The notes under the pieces are model-generated. The model was not told where the DNA came from and did not search any database. It saw only the letters and a program-made list of their open reading frames with translations. Positions 9,416-17,674 of a stretch of DNA of 25,476 nucleotides are shown here, piece after piece. The position numbers and the translations under genes were made by a program. Numbering within the stretch: the stretch's first letter is position 1; each line of letters starts with the position of its first letter. Source of the DNA: Candidatus Latescibacterota bacterium (lineage in GTDB: Bacteria > Latescibacterota > UBA2968); NCBI GenBank assembly GCA_018650745.1, contig JABIFK010000871.1:1-25476 (forward strand), written 5' to 3'.

Positions 9416-9545
9416 GTGGAGGGATCCTACTTCTTTGGAATGTTGATCAAGGTGTGACATACGTGTGAATGGGCAACTGAAATTGTGTTATAGGGGTTGG
9501 CTAAGCCACCAGGTGGTGGAGGTCTTTACAGATTTTAAGAAACGA

Positions 9546-9633
9546 AAGTGTTTACTCACTTAAACAAATTCGGTTTAAGATGTCAAGTGTTTACTTACTT
9601 ACGGGATTCAAGGTTTGTCAAGTATGTTACTTA
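9546..9633 (-). promoter_or_regulatory. Putative promoter/operator region of the efflux operon with repeated boxes
   Basis: AAGTGTTTACTCACTTA (9546-9562) and AAGTGTTTACTTACTTA (9585-9601) are direct repeats. Minus-strand TTGACA occurs at 9586-9581 and 9621-9616, but I found no convincing -10 box. Confidence 0.4.
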
Positions 9634-9792
9634 AGCTGATGCGCTCATTGATGGATTGCATCTCAGAAATCTGAAGCATATTCGAAATTCTGAAAGCCTT
9701 GTTCTGCACACACGCTATTTACTTGCGTGTCGTTTTTTTTAAACATTTGTTTTTATTGGCACATATCGCTTTTTGAATTTGTTTGTGTATTA

Positions 9793-9808
9793 TGGCACAT
9801 CAATTGCA
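9793..9808 (+). promoter_or_regulatory. Sigma-54 (RpoN) -24/-12 promoter
   Basis: TGGCAC-ATCAA-TTGCA matches the TGGCAC-N5-TTGCW consensus with exact GG-to-GC spacing, 68 bp upstream of ATG 9876 (SD AGGAG). Confidence 0.75.
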
Positions 9809-9875
9809 AAGCCAGTAATGGAGAAGACAAACCTGGTAAGCACGTAACAGCAAAACGTCATAGGAGAACGATACC

Positions 9876-10652
9876 ATGAAAAAAATTCTATTTGCCGCAT
9901 TTGGGGTATATCTATTGGTTCTTACGGGTTGTGGAAACAGCCCGACAGGATCTCTGTCGCCCGATGATACCACGACGGACCTGTCTCAAGGACCATCCAG
10001 TTCGGTTGCAGTGGGTGAACCCAACGGCCAAAACCCTGATGGCAATGCCATTGCAGTAGGTGAACCCAACGGCCAAAACCCCGATGGTTACGATAGAACA
10101 TCTGGCGGAATTGTTGTGAACAGCAATGACCAAGGTGACAGAGCAAATGGGGAGGTCTCTTCTGGTGGTATTGTACCTATTGGTGTTTTTCCTGGCGATG
10201 AAGGCCCCCAGACAGAACCTGGTGACACACCGGCCATTGCTGTTGGCGAAGAACTGCCCCCAACTCAAGTTTTAGACTCTGACCCAGGTGTCGTCATATC
10301 AGATGGTTTACCCATTGCTCCTGGTGAGGTCCACGGACTTCCCACGATTCAAAAGACTGACATTAGAGGTTCCGTTTCGACTTTGGACTATGCCAGCGAG
10401 GTCCTTCAGATGCGAGGGGTTGTGGCCACTATCTTTGTTGAAGGTGCAATAGAAGCTGATACCCATATCGACAAAGCCAGGGTGACGATTACACGGGATA
10501 CCCAGATCATTGAGCAACAGGGACAGGATCGCCGAAATGTTGGCATCGATGCGCTTCTGGCCAATCAAAGAGTGCAAATTTCATTCACCGGCCCAGTTAT
10601 GGAATCTTACCCTGTTCAAGCCACAGCGTCTGAGATCGTTATTTTGAAATAA
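9876..10652 (+). CDS. Lipoprotein with low-complexity linker and C-terminal DUF3221/YobA-like domain
   Basis: Lipobox LVLTG-C19 and an acidic G/P/S-rich spacer. C-terminal beta domain ends in FTGPVMESYPVQATASEIVIL, typical of DUF3221-like proteins as I recall them. Confidence 0.8.
   Translation: MKKILFAAFGVYLLVLTGCGNSPTGSLSPDDTTTDLSQGPSSSVAVGEPNGQNPDGNAIAVGEPNGQNPDGYDRTSGGIVVNSNDQGDRANGEVSSGGIVPIGVFPGDEGPQTEPGDTPAIAVGEELPPTQVLDSDPGVVISDGLPIAPGEVHGLPTIQKTDIRGSVSTLDYASEVLQMRGVVATIFVEGAIEADTHIDKARVTITRDTQIIEQQGQDRRNVGIDALLANQRVQISFTGPVMESYPVQATASEIVILK
10006..10087 (+). repeat. Intragenic in-frame tandem repeat, 45-bp period (AVGEPNGQNPDG x2)
   Basis: TTGCAGTGGGTGAACCCAACGGCCAAAACCCTGATGG at 10006 and TTGCAGTAGGTGAACCCAACGGCCAAAACCCCGATGG at 10051 differ only at two synonymous positions. 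Confidence 0.95.
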
Positions 10653-10683
10653 TTGTTGGCACCACCTGTCGGACAACATGAAG

Positions 10684-10717
10684 AAGGGGCTACGGGTTTT
10701 GACTCGTAGCCCCTTTA
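10684..10717 (+). terminator. Rho-independent terminator-like hairpin after the lipoprotein gene
   Basis: AAGGGGCTACG-GGTTTTGACT-CGTAGCCCCTT, a perfect 11-bp stem followed by TATGTATTT. Confidence 0.75.
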
Positions 10718-10770
10718 TGTATTTGGCACATCTTTTGAACAAACTTTCATCTTTCCTCTAATTCACTATA

Positions 10771-11157
10771 TTGAAATACCCTTTGATACTTTTTATCAGG
10801 ATTCTCAAATCGAAAGTTATCCCTTATGGATCTCAAAGTTATTCACGCGCAACCACGTGTTACACCATCCCCGATATTTTTCAGGTGTGTGATAGGGAGG
10901 ACGGAGCAGGTTTTCAGGAGCTTGTTCATTCGGAGGAAGGGGTTTTGGTGAATGATTGGTGTATTCGGGCCAACTTAGATTCTGATCAACAGGCAGGGTT
11001 TGAAATTCATCATAAAAAGAAATCCGTTGGCATTGCTTCAGATGTGTCGTCGTTTCAAGTAGGCAAGAAAAGGTATCATGCATCTGAGGCCAGTGTGCTT
11101 GTGGAAGCGTCTGTGGTGCAAAAAGCAAAAGATACGTTGCCTGAGGCTGCGCGATAG
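10771..11157 (+). CDS. Doubtful hypothetical protein (up to 128 aa)
   Basis: Fills the gap between two terminators. TTG start without a clear SD and no recognisable motif. A near-consensus sigma-54 site (TGGCAC-ATCTT-TTGA, 10724-10738) lies upstream. Confidence 0.3.
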   Translation: MKYPLILFIRILKSKVIPYGSQSYSRATTCYTIPDIFQVCDREDGAGFQELVHSEEGVLVNDWCIRANLDSDQQAGFEIHHKKKSVGIASDVSSFQVGKKRYHASEASVLVEASVVQKAKDTLPEAAR

Positions 11158-11180
11158 ATACTCTTACTGGGTGTGTTAGA

Positions 11181-11220
11181 AAACAAGGGATTGCGATTTT
11201 GGTATCGTGATCCCTTGTTT
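11181..11220 (-). terminator. Rho-independent terminator downstream of the DUF5916 gene
   Basis: AAACAAGGGATTGCGAT-TTTGGT-ATCGTGATCCCTTGTTT, a 17-position stem with two imperfect pairs. On the minus strand it ends in GTTTT. Confidence 0.7.
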
Positions 11221-11244
11221 CAATGTGAGGTGTTTTTGAGGAGA

Positions 11245-13488
11245 TTACAAATCTATTTGGTGGGCAATTTTGAAAATGAGGGCTTGGTTGATGAGTTCAA
11301 AGCGGCCAGTGTGGTCATCGCGTGATTCGTTGTAGGCCACAAACAATCGGCTTCCGCGACGAAACTCCCAAGCGAAAACACTGCTGATTAGATAGGTTTC
11401 TTGTTGAGAACCCGACGTGTCATTGATGCGTGCTTGGAAGAAGAGGCGGAAGAAGAGATCGGGGTTGAAAAGATAAATGCCACGTATAGAGCTGAGCCAG
11501 AAGCGGCCTTCATTTTTATCTTGGGGATCAAAAATTTGAGAGTGGCGTAGGCGTGTTTCTACAGTCATGTGTTCGGTTTTAAGAGTGCCGTCTATGGAAA
11601 TGGCATATTCGCGGCTGACGTGGCGTTTGTCAAAGTTGTAAAAGTTATCAACAAAGCCTGTTACCCCAACGGAAACGGGGCGATAGCTTGCGGAGCGAAC
11701 TTGGGCACCCAAACTGTCGGCATAAAAGGGGCCTGTGAGGTCATAGCGCTTTTGACGCGATGCGAACAGGCTCAGACTGCTGCCACCTTGAAAACGCAGT
11801 TGTAGGTTGGTACCACCGCCAAACCCATTTTTTTCATTGATGAATGTTGGGTCAATGATGAGACTTGGGTCTTGTGCTGTCTGGTCGGTGAGGTATTGGT
11901 TCGTAGGCAATGGTTTTTGGGCGTCTATCCATCCGGTGAAAAAGGCTTGGCGCAAGTTCCATTGTTTGGGTCTGGGGCTAAAAGTCCAGGTCAGTTTGGA
12001 GAGTTGCTCCCCTCGGAATTGTTCTTTGCGCAAAAAACCCAGCTCGTTGATTTCGAAGTTGGGGTCTAAGCGTCGGGTAAAGAATCGGGCGCTAAATAAA
12101 TCGGTTTGTCTGGAGAAATCGATAAAATATACTTTGTTGTCTGACGAGATATTTTTGTTCCAGGCGCTTGCGACTTGACCATTGATAAAATAGATGTCAC
12201 CGGGACGAAGGGAAAAATCAAGCCCGAACACACGGCTGTAATTGCCGCTGATTTCTTTGTCGCCAAATAAGAATCCCACATTGGATTTGCCCAATACATC
12301 GCGTTTGAGACGCATGACACCAAAGGTGGCTTCTTCTTTGGTGGGGTCTTTGTCTTGAATGCCCAGATAGTCCCAGTCACCGGTTTGAGAGGCCAACACG
12401 CCTACGGTATAAGGCCCCGCTTTGCCTGTTACTTTGGTGCCCCACAGAATATCACCTCGACTGCCAATTCTTCGACTGAAAAAGAGTTCTAAAGGCAATA
12501 AGAAGGCGTTGTTGCCCTCGACAAAAAACGGGCGTTGTTCGGCAAAGCGGGTTGGAAATCGGGTGAGATTGATTTCATCGACGTCGGCTTCCACTTGTGC
12601 AAAATCGGGATTGAGGGTGGTATCGAGGGTCAAGTTGGGGGTGATGGCATACTTGGCATCGAGGCCCAATTCGGTTTTGGCAGAAATATCTGTGTTTAAC
12701 TGTTGTGTGAGACCTTGGGTGGCAAAAGGCACAAATTCAAAGCGCCGACCTGTGTTGATTTTGCGGATGCCTTTTAAATGCCCAAGCTTGGACATGCGGT
12801 TGATGGAGCCGTCGTCACGGCTGATGGGTTTCCAGAAGGTGGTTTCGTTGAGGCGGCGCACATCGCGTTGAAAATTGAGGCCCCAAATTTGTTCGTCTTG
12901 TTCGATAAAACGAAAGTTTTTATATGGGATTTTGAATTCTGCTATCCAGCCCAAAGAATCGATGGATGTTTTGACCCACCAAACCCCGTCCCAACTGTTG
13001 TCACGTAGATAGTCATTGTAGCGTGAAGAATCTTCCCGCATGCCTAAGGCATTGGTGCCAAACTTGACGCCCGTGCGGTGGTCGTGGCGACTGTCTATAA
13101 ACATGGCAAATGTGTCACTGCCATACATATCTCGTTCACGATAGCCTAAGCGTTTGATGATGCGGCTGGGTTGCGAGTCGAAGCAACGCACACCTACGTA
13201 GAGGTTTTCTGTGTCGTAACAAAAGCGTATTTCGGTATCTTCTGTAGCGGGTTGGCCAAAATCAGGGTCACGTTGTACAAAGTGATGGATAACGGGTAAG
13301 GTGCGCCAGATTGGGTCGTCGAGTTTGCCGTCTAATTTGGGTACTTGGGTTTGGTTTATGAAAACAGCTTCTCCAATGTAACCTGTCTCCCCTGGGTCAC
13401 TGTGCATGCCTTCATGGGCATATCCGGTGGAAAGATGGCTGATGACAAAGAAGATCATATACAGATAGCGCTTTGTTGAGTTCAACAT
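11245..13488 (-). CDS. DUF5916 / CBM9(DOMON)-like domain outer-membrane protein
   Basis: Signal peptide ending TGYA. N-domain PKLDGKLDDPIW...YDTENLYVGVRCFD...WIAEFKIPY...WGLNFQR. DUF5916 signature NPDFAQVEAD...NLTRF...EQRPFFVEG...FFSRRIG. Beta-strand-rich C-terminus. SD AGAGG. Confidence 0.85.
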   Translation of the reverse strand: MLNSTKRYLYMIFFVISHLSTGYAHEGMHSDPGETGYIGEAVFINQTQVPKLDGKLDDPIWRTLPVIHHFVQRDPDFGQPATEDTEIRFCYDTENLYVGVRCFDSQPSRIIKRLGYRERDMYGSDTFAMFIDSRHDHRTGVKFGTNALGMREDSSRYNDYLRDNSWDGVWWVKTSIDSLGWIAEFKIPYKNFRFIEQDEQIWGLNFQRDVRRLNETTFWKPISRDDGSINRMSKLGHLKGIRKINTGRRFEFVPFATQGLTQQLNTDISAKTELGLDAKYAITPNLTLDTTLNPDFAQVEADVDEINLTRFPTRFAEQRPFFVEGNNAFLLPLELFFSRRIGSRGDILWGTKVTGKAGPYTVGVLASQTGDWDYLGIQDKDPTKEEATFGVMRLKRDVLGKSNVGFLFGDKEISGNYSRVFGLDFSLRPGDIYFINGQVASAWNKNISSDNKVYFIDFSRQTDLFSARFFTRRLDPNFEINELGFLRKEQFRGEQLSKLTWTFSPRPKQWNLRQAFFTGWIDAQKPLPTNQYLTDQTAQDPSLIIDPTFINEKNGFGGGTNLQLRFQGGSSLSLFASRQKRYDLTGPFYADSLGAQVRSASYRPVSVGVTGFVDNFYNFDKRHVSREYAISIDGTLKTEHMTVETRLRHSQIFDPQDKNEGRFWLSSIRGIYLFNPDLFFRLFFQARINDTSGSQQETYLISSVFAWEFRRGSRLFVAYNESRDDHTGRFELINQALIFKIAHQIDL

Positions 13489-13658
13489 AACGGCCTCTTT
13501 AATTGTTTGATTTTATTTCTGGTATTGCTGTATTACCATAGTATGTGGATTGTTTCTAAATTGCCAATGTTTTGATATGTGGTGGATTTAGTGTTGCCAG
13601 ATTATTATATTCAGGGCGGGGTATTATTGTTCATTCTTATTCACAAAAGGATTTGTGC

Positions 13659-15323
13659 ATGGCTGTCATTTTACGTTGGTTGAAACGCATTGCTATTGGG
13701 TTTGTTGTGTTTCTATTGGTTGCTTATGCGGGGCTTTGGTTGATGTTTCGGTATGCCAGTGTGAGCACACATGGCGATGTGGATTTGGGCGTGGGGAATG
13801 TGGTTGTGCCTGTAGAACGTGCACATGCTTGGATGGCACAATCTGTGGTGACGGATTCATTGCTGGTCCATTGGGCAGCACGAGAGATTGGGGATTGGCA
13901 AAAGGAGGGCAAGGTCTCGATTCCCCGAATTTTGATTGGGAAACTTGCAACGGGTGTGGATGTTGACTCTGTGAATACGTATTTGCAGGCACAGAAAGTG
14001 CGCGGCACGGTTGGGTCGACGGGACCATTTCATAAAACTGGCGATTATGATTTTACATTGGCGGGGCTTAGTTTGCTTTTATACGCTTTTGGTGATCAAC
14101 CCGATCTGCTGTATCCCGAAACCGTGGATCATATTGTCGATGTGTTGATGACACAAGAAGGTGGAACGCCCAAAATATATACACCGCGTTTGCTGGGATT
14201 TCCATTGCGAGATACTGAGAATCATATTTTGATGACAGAAGGCTCTCGGTATTTGAAGAACAGATGGAAAGCGTTGCATGGAAACTCAGACCCTAAATAT
14301 GACAACGTGGCCAATGGTTTGGAGGCGTGGCTGGTGGCTTATTTGGAGGGGATGGCACGTGCAGGGTTTCATGAATACAATTCCAGACCCTATATTGGGT
14401 ACACGCTGACTGCGCTGTTGAATTTGGAAGCGTTTACGGGAGAACCCGTGCGGGTTGCAGCACGGCGTGTACTGGATCGGGCAAACTGGGAATATGCTGT
14501 GGGCAGTTTGTCTTTGCGGCGGTTTTCGCCTTTTCGTAGGCAAGCCAGGCGGTCAGTGGATACCGATTTGGATGGGGATTATCACACGGGTGTGATGAAG
14601 GCTTGGATGGGTTTGGCTGGTGTGGATGATTTGTATATTCGAAAGGGAGAGCATCAGGCACTTTGGGTGCCATTGACGTCGTATCGGCCTTCGGATGCGG
14701 TGGTTGCATGGATTCAGGAAAAACCAGCGCCTTATTTTGTAAAAGTTGGACACGGTCATGACGGTTCACCTGAGATTTACTCGGGCGGGCCGGGCTATTT
14801 GATTACGGCTGGCGGTGTTGCCGATGATTGGGCCAAACAATGTGTGGCGCGGCCAACGACTTTGATGCTTGAAGATGGCGTGATGGATTTGACAGGATTG
14901 TTACGTATTGTGGGGGCAGATTCAAGTTATAGAGCGTGGAACAATACGGGTGTGTATAAGAACTTTGCTGTTTCTGCGGGGGCTGTGATTGTGCCGGAAG
15001 GGTGGGTGCCTGTTGCTCAGAATGATATGTGGCGAATATTTGAGCGTTCGGGACATTTTATTGCAGTGTATTCGACAGATATGTTGGGCATGTTTTGTTT
15101 GTTACCGGCAGGTGAGATAAACGATTTGTTGAAGCAACTGACAGAAGCCAATGGTGATGGCGATGTTTTGCAAACACGTTTCCAATGGCCAAATGGATCG
15201 ACTATTGTTTATGATGTGCGCGCACCAAAAGATCAGTGGGTGCTTGTGTCTGTTGATGGCAAGGATGTGGATCGGGGTTTTGGTGTGTGGCCGTTGATGG
15301 AGGGGCAAGTGCCAGGGTTTTAA
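13659..15323 (+). CDS. Membrane-anchored or secreted hypothetical protein (554 aa), possibly a polysaccharide-lyase-like fold
   Basis: Long ORF with an N-terminal signal anchor (WLKRIAIGFVVFLLVAYAGLWLMF). SD AAGGA before ATG 13659 (the track extends to TTG 13572). Helical N-half with TENHILM and GFHEYNSRPY; beta-rich C-half. The fold is a guess. Confidence 0.75.
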   Translation: MAVILRWLKRIAIGFVVFLLVAYAGLWLMFRYASVSTHGDVDLGVGNVVVPVERAHAWMAQSVVTDSLLVHWAAREIGDWQKEGKVSIPRILIGKLATGVDVDSVNTYLQAQKVRGTVGSTGPFHKTGDYDFTLAGLSLLLYAFGDQPDLLYPETVDHIVDVLMTQEGGTPKIYTPRLLGFPLRDTENHILMTEGSRYLKNRWKALHGNSDPKYDNVANGLEAWLVAYLEGMARAGFHEYNSRPYIGYTLTALLNLEAFTGEPVRVAARRVLDRANWEYAVGSLSLRRFSPFRRQARRSVDTDLDGDYHTGVMKAWMGLAGVDDLYIRKGEHQALWVPLTSYRPSDAVVAWIQEKPAPYFVKVGHGHDGSPEIYSGGPGYLITAGGVADDWAKQCVARPTTLMLEDGVMDLTGLLRIVGADSSYRAWNNTGVYKNFAVSAGAVIVPEGWVPVAQNDMWRIFERSGHFIAVYSTDMLGMFCLLPAGEINDLLKQLTEANGDGDVLQTRFQWPNGSTIVYDVRAPKDQWVLVSVDGKDVDRGFGVWPLMEGQVPGF

Positions 15324-15326
15324 TGG

Positions 15327-15348
15327 ACGAATCTACGAATCTACGAAT
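15327..15348 (+). repeat. Short intergenic tandem repeat (ACGAATCT)x2.75
   Basis: ACGAATCT ACGAATCT ACGAAT directly after the stop at 15323. Confidence 0.8.
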
Positions 15349-15357
15349 AGATGTTGT

Positions 15358-15391
15358 TAAAGAGGTCGCTTGCAGGTGAGCGACCTCTTTA
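15358..15391. terminator. Bidirectional terminator between convergent genes
   Basis: TAAAGAGGTCGCT-TGCAGGTG-AGCGACCTCTTTA, a perfect 13-bp stem that overlaps the TAA of the MFS-HEAT gene (15389-15391). Confidence 0.8.
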
Positions 15392-17674
15392 TTTTTGGGT
15401 CAGTGCATCTGCTATGCACCACAGACATACAATGCAAAAAACAATACGCAGTGCGGGATCTTCGCGGTGTTCTGATTGTGATAAATATGTTTTAATGGCC
15501 AATACTGAAGCGCCTATACGGGAGGCAACTTCTGGGCCGAGTGCTTCTACTGTGTTTTCGTCGATGTTGTGCTCTAAATATGTGGCAAGTGATTTTGTAT
15601 GTTCAAAGACGTTCTCGATTTGGTCTGTGTCAAAAGCTTTGTGAATTTCTTTAAGTTGGTTTTGCACGTGATGTTTGATGGTGTTGTTTAATATGCGTGA
15701 GCGTCGGAATGCACGACGTGTTTGCCGCAACATTTCTTCTTGGCGTTCTGCACGTGCCAGATTGTCTTGCGATACGAGTCGATAGAAACGACGGCGTGCA
15801 CCCTGGGCCCGGCATACACTGTTGAGCAATTGTAGGCGAATGGTGGGCGACTTAAAGTTATCCAGCCGTTCTAGAGTGGGGCGCACGATTCTTAAATCGC
15901 GTTTGGCACCCAATACATCTGACAGTGTTGGAAATGTGATGCGATCAAATCGATCTGCAAATTTCCAAAAGAGCAGCTCTTGTGCTTCTGTGCCTCGCAT
16001 TTCGGAGAGGGCGCGAATGGCACTGATTTGAACCCGGCTGTCTGAGTCGTTGAGGGCTTCAATGAGGTGATCAATAATATTGGGGTCGCCGATTTTGCCC
16101 AGCGCTTCAATGGCTTCACTGCGAATGTCTGATTCTTCGTCTTTGAGTTCTTCTAACAACGGATTGATAGCTTGGGGAGATCTTGCTTCACCTAGCCCTT
16201 GTGCGGCTTGTTTGCGTACATCGGGGTTGGCATCGCTGAGTGCTTGAATGAGTTGGTCTAAGGCCATTGGGCTGCGCGAGCGCCCCATTTGTCTGACGGC
16301 TCGGGCGCGGTTGAGGTCGCTGCGAGACCAATCGAAGGCTAAGGCATTATAAAGATCCCCCACCAAATTCCCTCGACCCACTTGACCGAGCAGTTCGCGA
16401 GACGTGGTGCCTTTGCTGTCTTTTACGGTGCGCAAAAATATGTTGGGTAAAATCATGAGGCCTGCACTGACCAAAAATACAAGCTGCAATTTGCCAATGT
16501 CAAAACCAAAGATGTGAAAATGAAACGGCTCAAAATAGGCGACCAAAGCACTTCCTACAAGGGGTGCAATGGCATAGGCTAAAAAGATTGCACAAGACCA
16601 ACCTGCAAAATAGGCTGTGCGATTGCTCCCATCGGGCACGGTGGCATAAAGTAGAGAATTGACCGAAACAAGCATACCGGAGAAGATGAGACCGTTCAGA
16701 ATCATTGCAACGGGAATGAACCAATAAAAATCGGGACGATTAAACGTCCAAAAAATAGGTGTGATGATGCTGGGAATGGTTAAGATTTGAAGCATGGCTT
16801 TGCTGCCATAGCGGTCAATGAGCCCACTTAAAAGTTGGGAACCAACGACCATTGCGGCCATGAGCAGGCTGGTTAAAATGGCCACATTGGAATAGCTGAT
16901 TTGTAGTGTTTTGAGCATGAAAACACTGTAAAAGGGGCTGCTGAGGCTCCACGCAAAGTTCCAAGCCCAAAAGAATATCAGGAGGTTGCGGAATTGCGGG
17001 TTTTGGAACGGGATTAAAAGGCTTCCAGTCTGATTGTCGGACTCGGTGGTTTGAAAAGGGACACGAGACAAATTGAGGAATCCGCCGAGGCCAATGAGTG
17101 TGGCGACAAGGAAGATGGCAAAAAAAGCTGTGTATTTGGTGGTGTCATCAAACAAGTCGAGGTACCAACCTGCTGCATAACTTGCGACAATACCCACCAA
17201 GAGGTGGGCCATGGTTTGGCGACCGATGAAACGGGCACGAATGTCTTCGGGAATAATGTGTGCATTCCAGCCACTGAAAATGGGACCAGCCAAGTGCCAA
17301 GAGACCATGCCCAATCCTATCAGGATAGAAATGAGAGATACTTGGTGTGATGCGGTGATGAAGGGGACCAGAACAATGGAAAAACGAAAGAGTGTGTGCA
17401 AGCACCCCATGGCGATGACAAAAGCTTTTTTGCGTTTGATGCGATGGGCAAGCAAGGCAGAGGAGAGGATTTGTGCTAAGCTGGCAAAAGACCCGATAGA
17501 AATAAAGTGCGCGATGGTGGATTCTGAGGCACCCAAAGACAGCACAAATCCTGTGAAGATTGCGGTTTGCAGACTGACCATTTGGGCCCAGGCACCCCAG
17601 GCACCGTTGGTGTAGATCAGTGCGCGCAAGGCGCGTGCTGTGGCGCTAAATGAAAGCGGTTGAGATGTGTTCAC
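15389..17674 (-). CDS. MFS transporter fused to C-terminal HEAT (PBS lyase-like) repeats, 761 aa
   Basis: About 12 hydrophobic segments in the first ~415 aa with MFS motif-A-like GLIDRYGSK. Then repeats LIQALSDANPDVRKQAAQGLG, LLEELKDEESDIRSEAIEALG, LIEALNDSDSRVQISAIRALS. GTG start overlaps the upstream TGA (GTGA). Confidence 0.9.
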   Translation of the reverse strand: MNTSQPLSFSATARALRALIYTNGAWGAWAQMVSLQTAIFTGFVLSLGASESTIAHFISIGSFASLAQILSSALLAHRIKRKKAFVIAMGCLHTLFRFSIVLVPFITASHQVSLISILIGLGMVSWHLAGPIFSGWNAHIIPEDIRARFIGRQTMAHLLVGIVASYAAGWYLDLFDDTTKYTAFFAIFLVATLIGLGGFLNLSRVPFQTTESDNQTGSLLIPFQNPQFRNLLIFFWAWNFAWSLSSPFYSVFMLKTLQISYSNVAILTSLLMAAMVVGSQLLSGLIDRYGSKAMLQILTIPSIITPIFWTFNRPDFYWFIPVAMILNGLIFSGMLVSVNSLLYATVPDGSNRTAYFAGWSCAIFLAYAIAPLVGSALVAYFEPFHFHIFGFDIGKLQLVFLVSAGLMILPNIFLRTVKDSKGTTSRELLGQVGRGNLVGDLYNALAFDWSRSDLNRARAVRQMGRSRSPMALDQLIQALSDANPDVRKQAAQGLGEARSPQAINPLLEELKDEESDIRSEAIEALGKIGDPNIIDHLIEALNDSDSRVQISAIRALSEMRGTEAQELLFWKFADRFDRITFPTLSDVLGAKRDLRIVRPTLERLDNFKSPTIRLQLLNSVCRAQGARRRFYRLVSQDNLARAERQEEMLRQTRRAFRRSRILNNTIKHHVQNQLKEIHKAFDTDQIENVFEHTKSLATYLEHNIDENTVEALGPEVASRIGASVLAIKTYLSQSEHREDPALRIVFCIVCLWCIADALTQK

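Noticed and set aside
3512-9460. Efflux operon as a heavy-metal (CusA/CzcA) or magnetosome-linked iron system
   Set aside because: The TM4 motif [14 protein letters not shown] and N-terminus fit the general AcrB-like group. It is convergent with and terminator-separated from the mam-like unit, so only proximity links them.
9757-9770. Second sigma-54-like site TGGCACATATCGC
   Set aside because: GG-to-GC spacing is 2 bp too short. Similar TGGCAC hits near 407 and 625 lack the -12 GC.
10006-10257. AVGE(E) repeats as graspetide (plesiocin-type TTxxxxEE) precursor cores
   Set aside because: The TT residues are absent, the protein is a lipoprotein with a folded C-terminal domain, and no ATP-grasp ligase is nearby.
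10817-11128. 103-aa minus-strand ORF downstream of the DUF5916 gene
   Set aside because: It lies beyond the 11181-11220 terminator, has no SD and has Pro/Gln/His-rich antisense-like composition.
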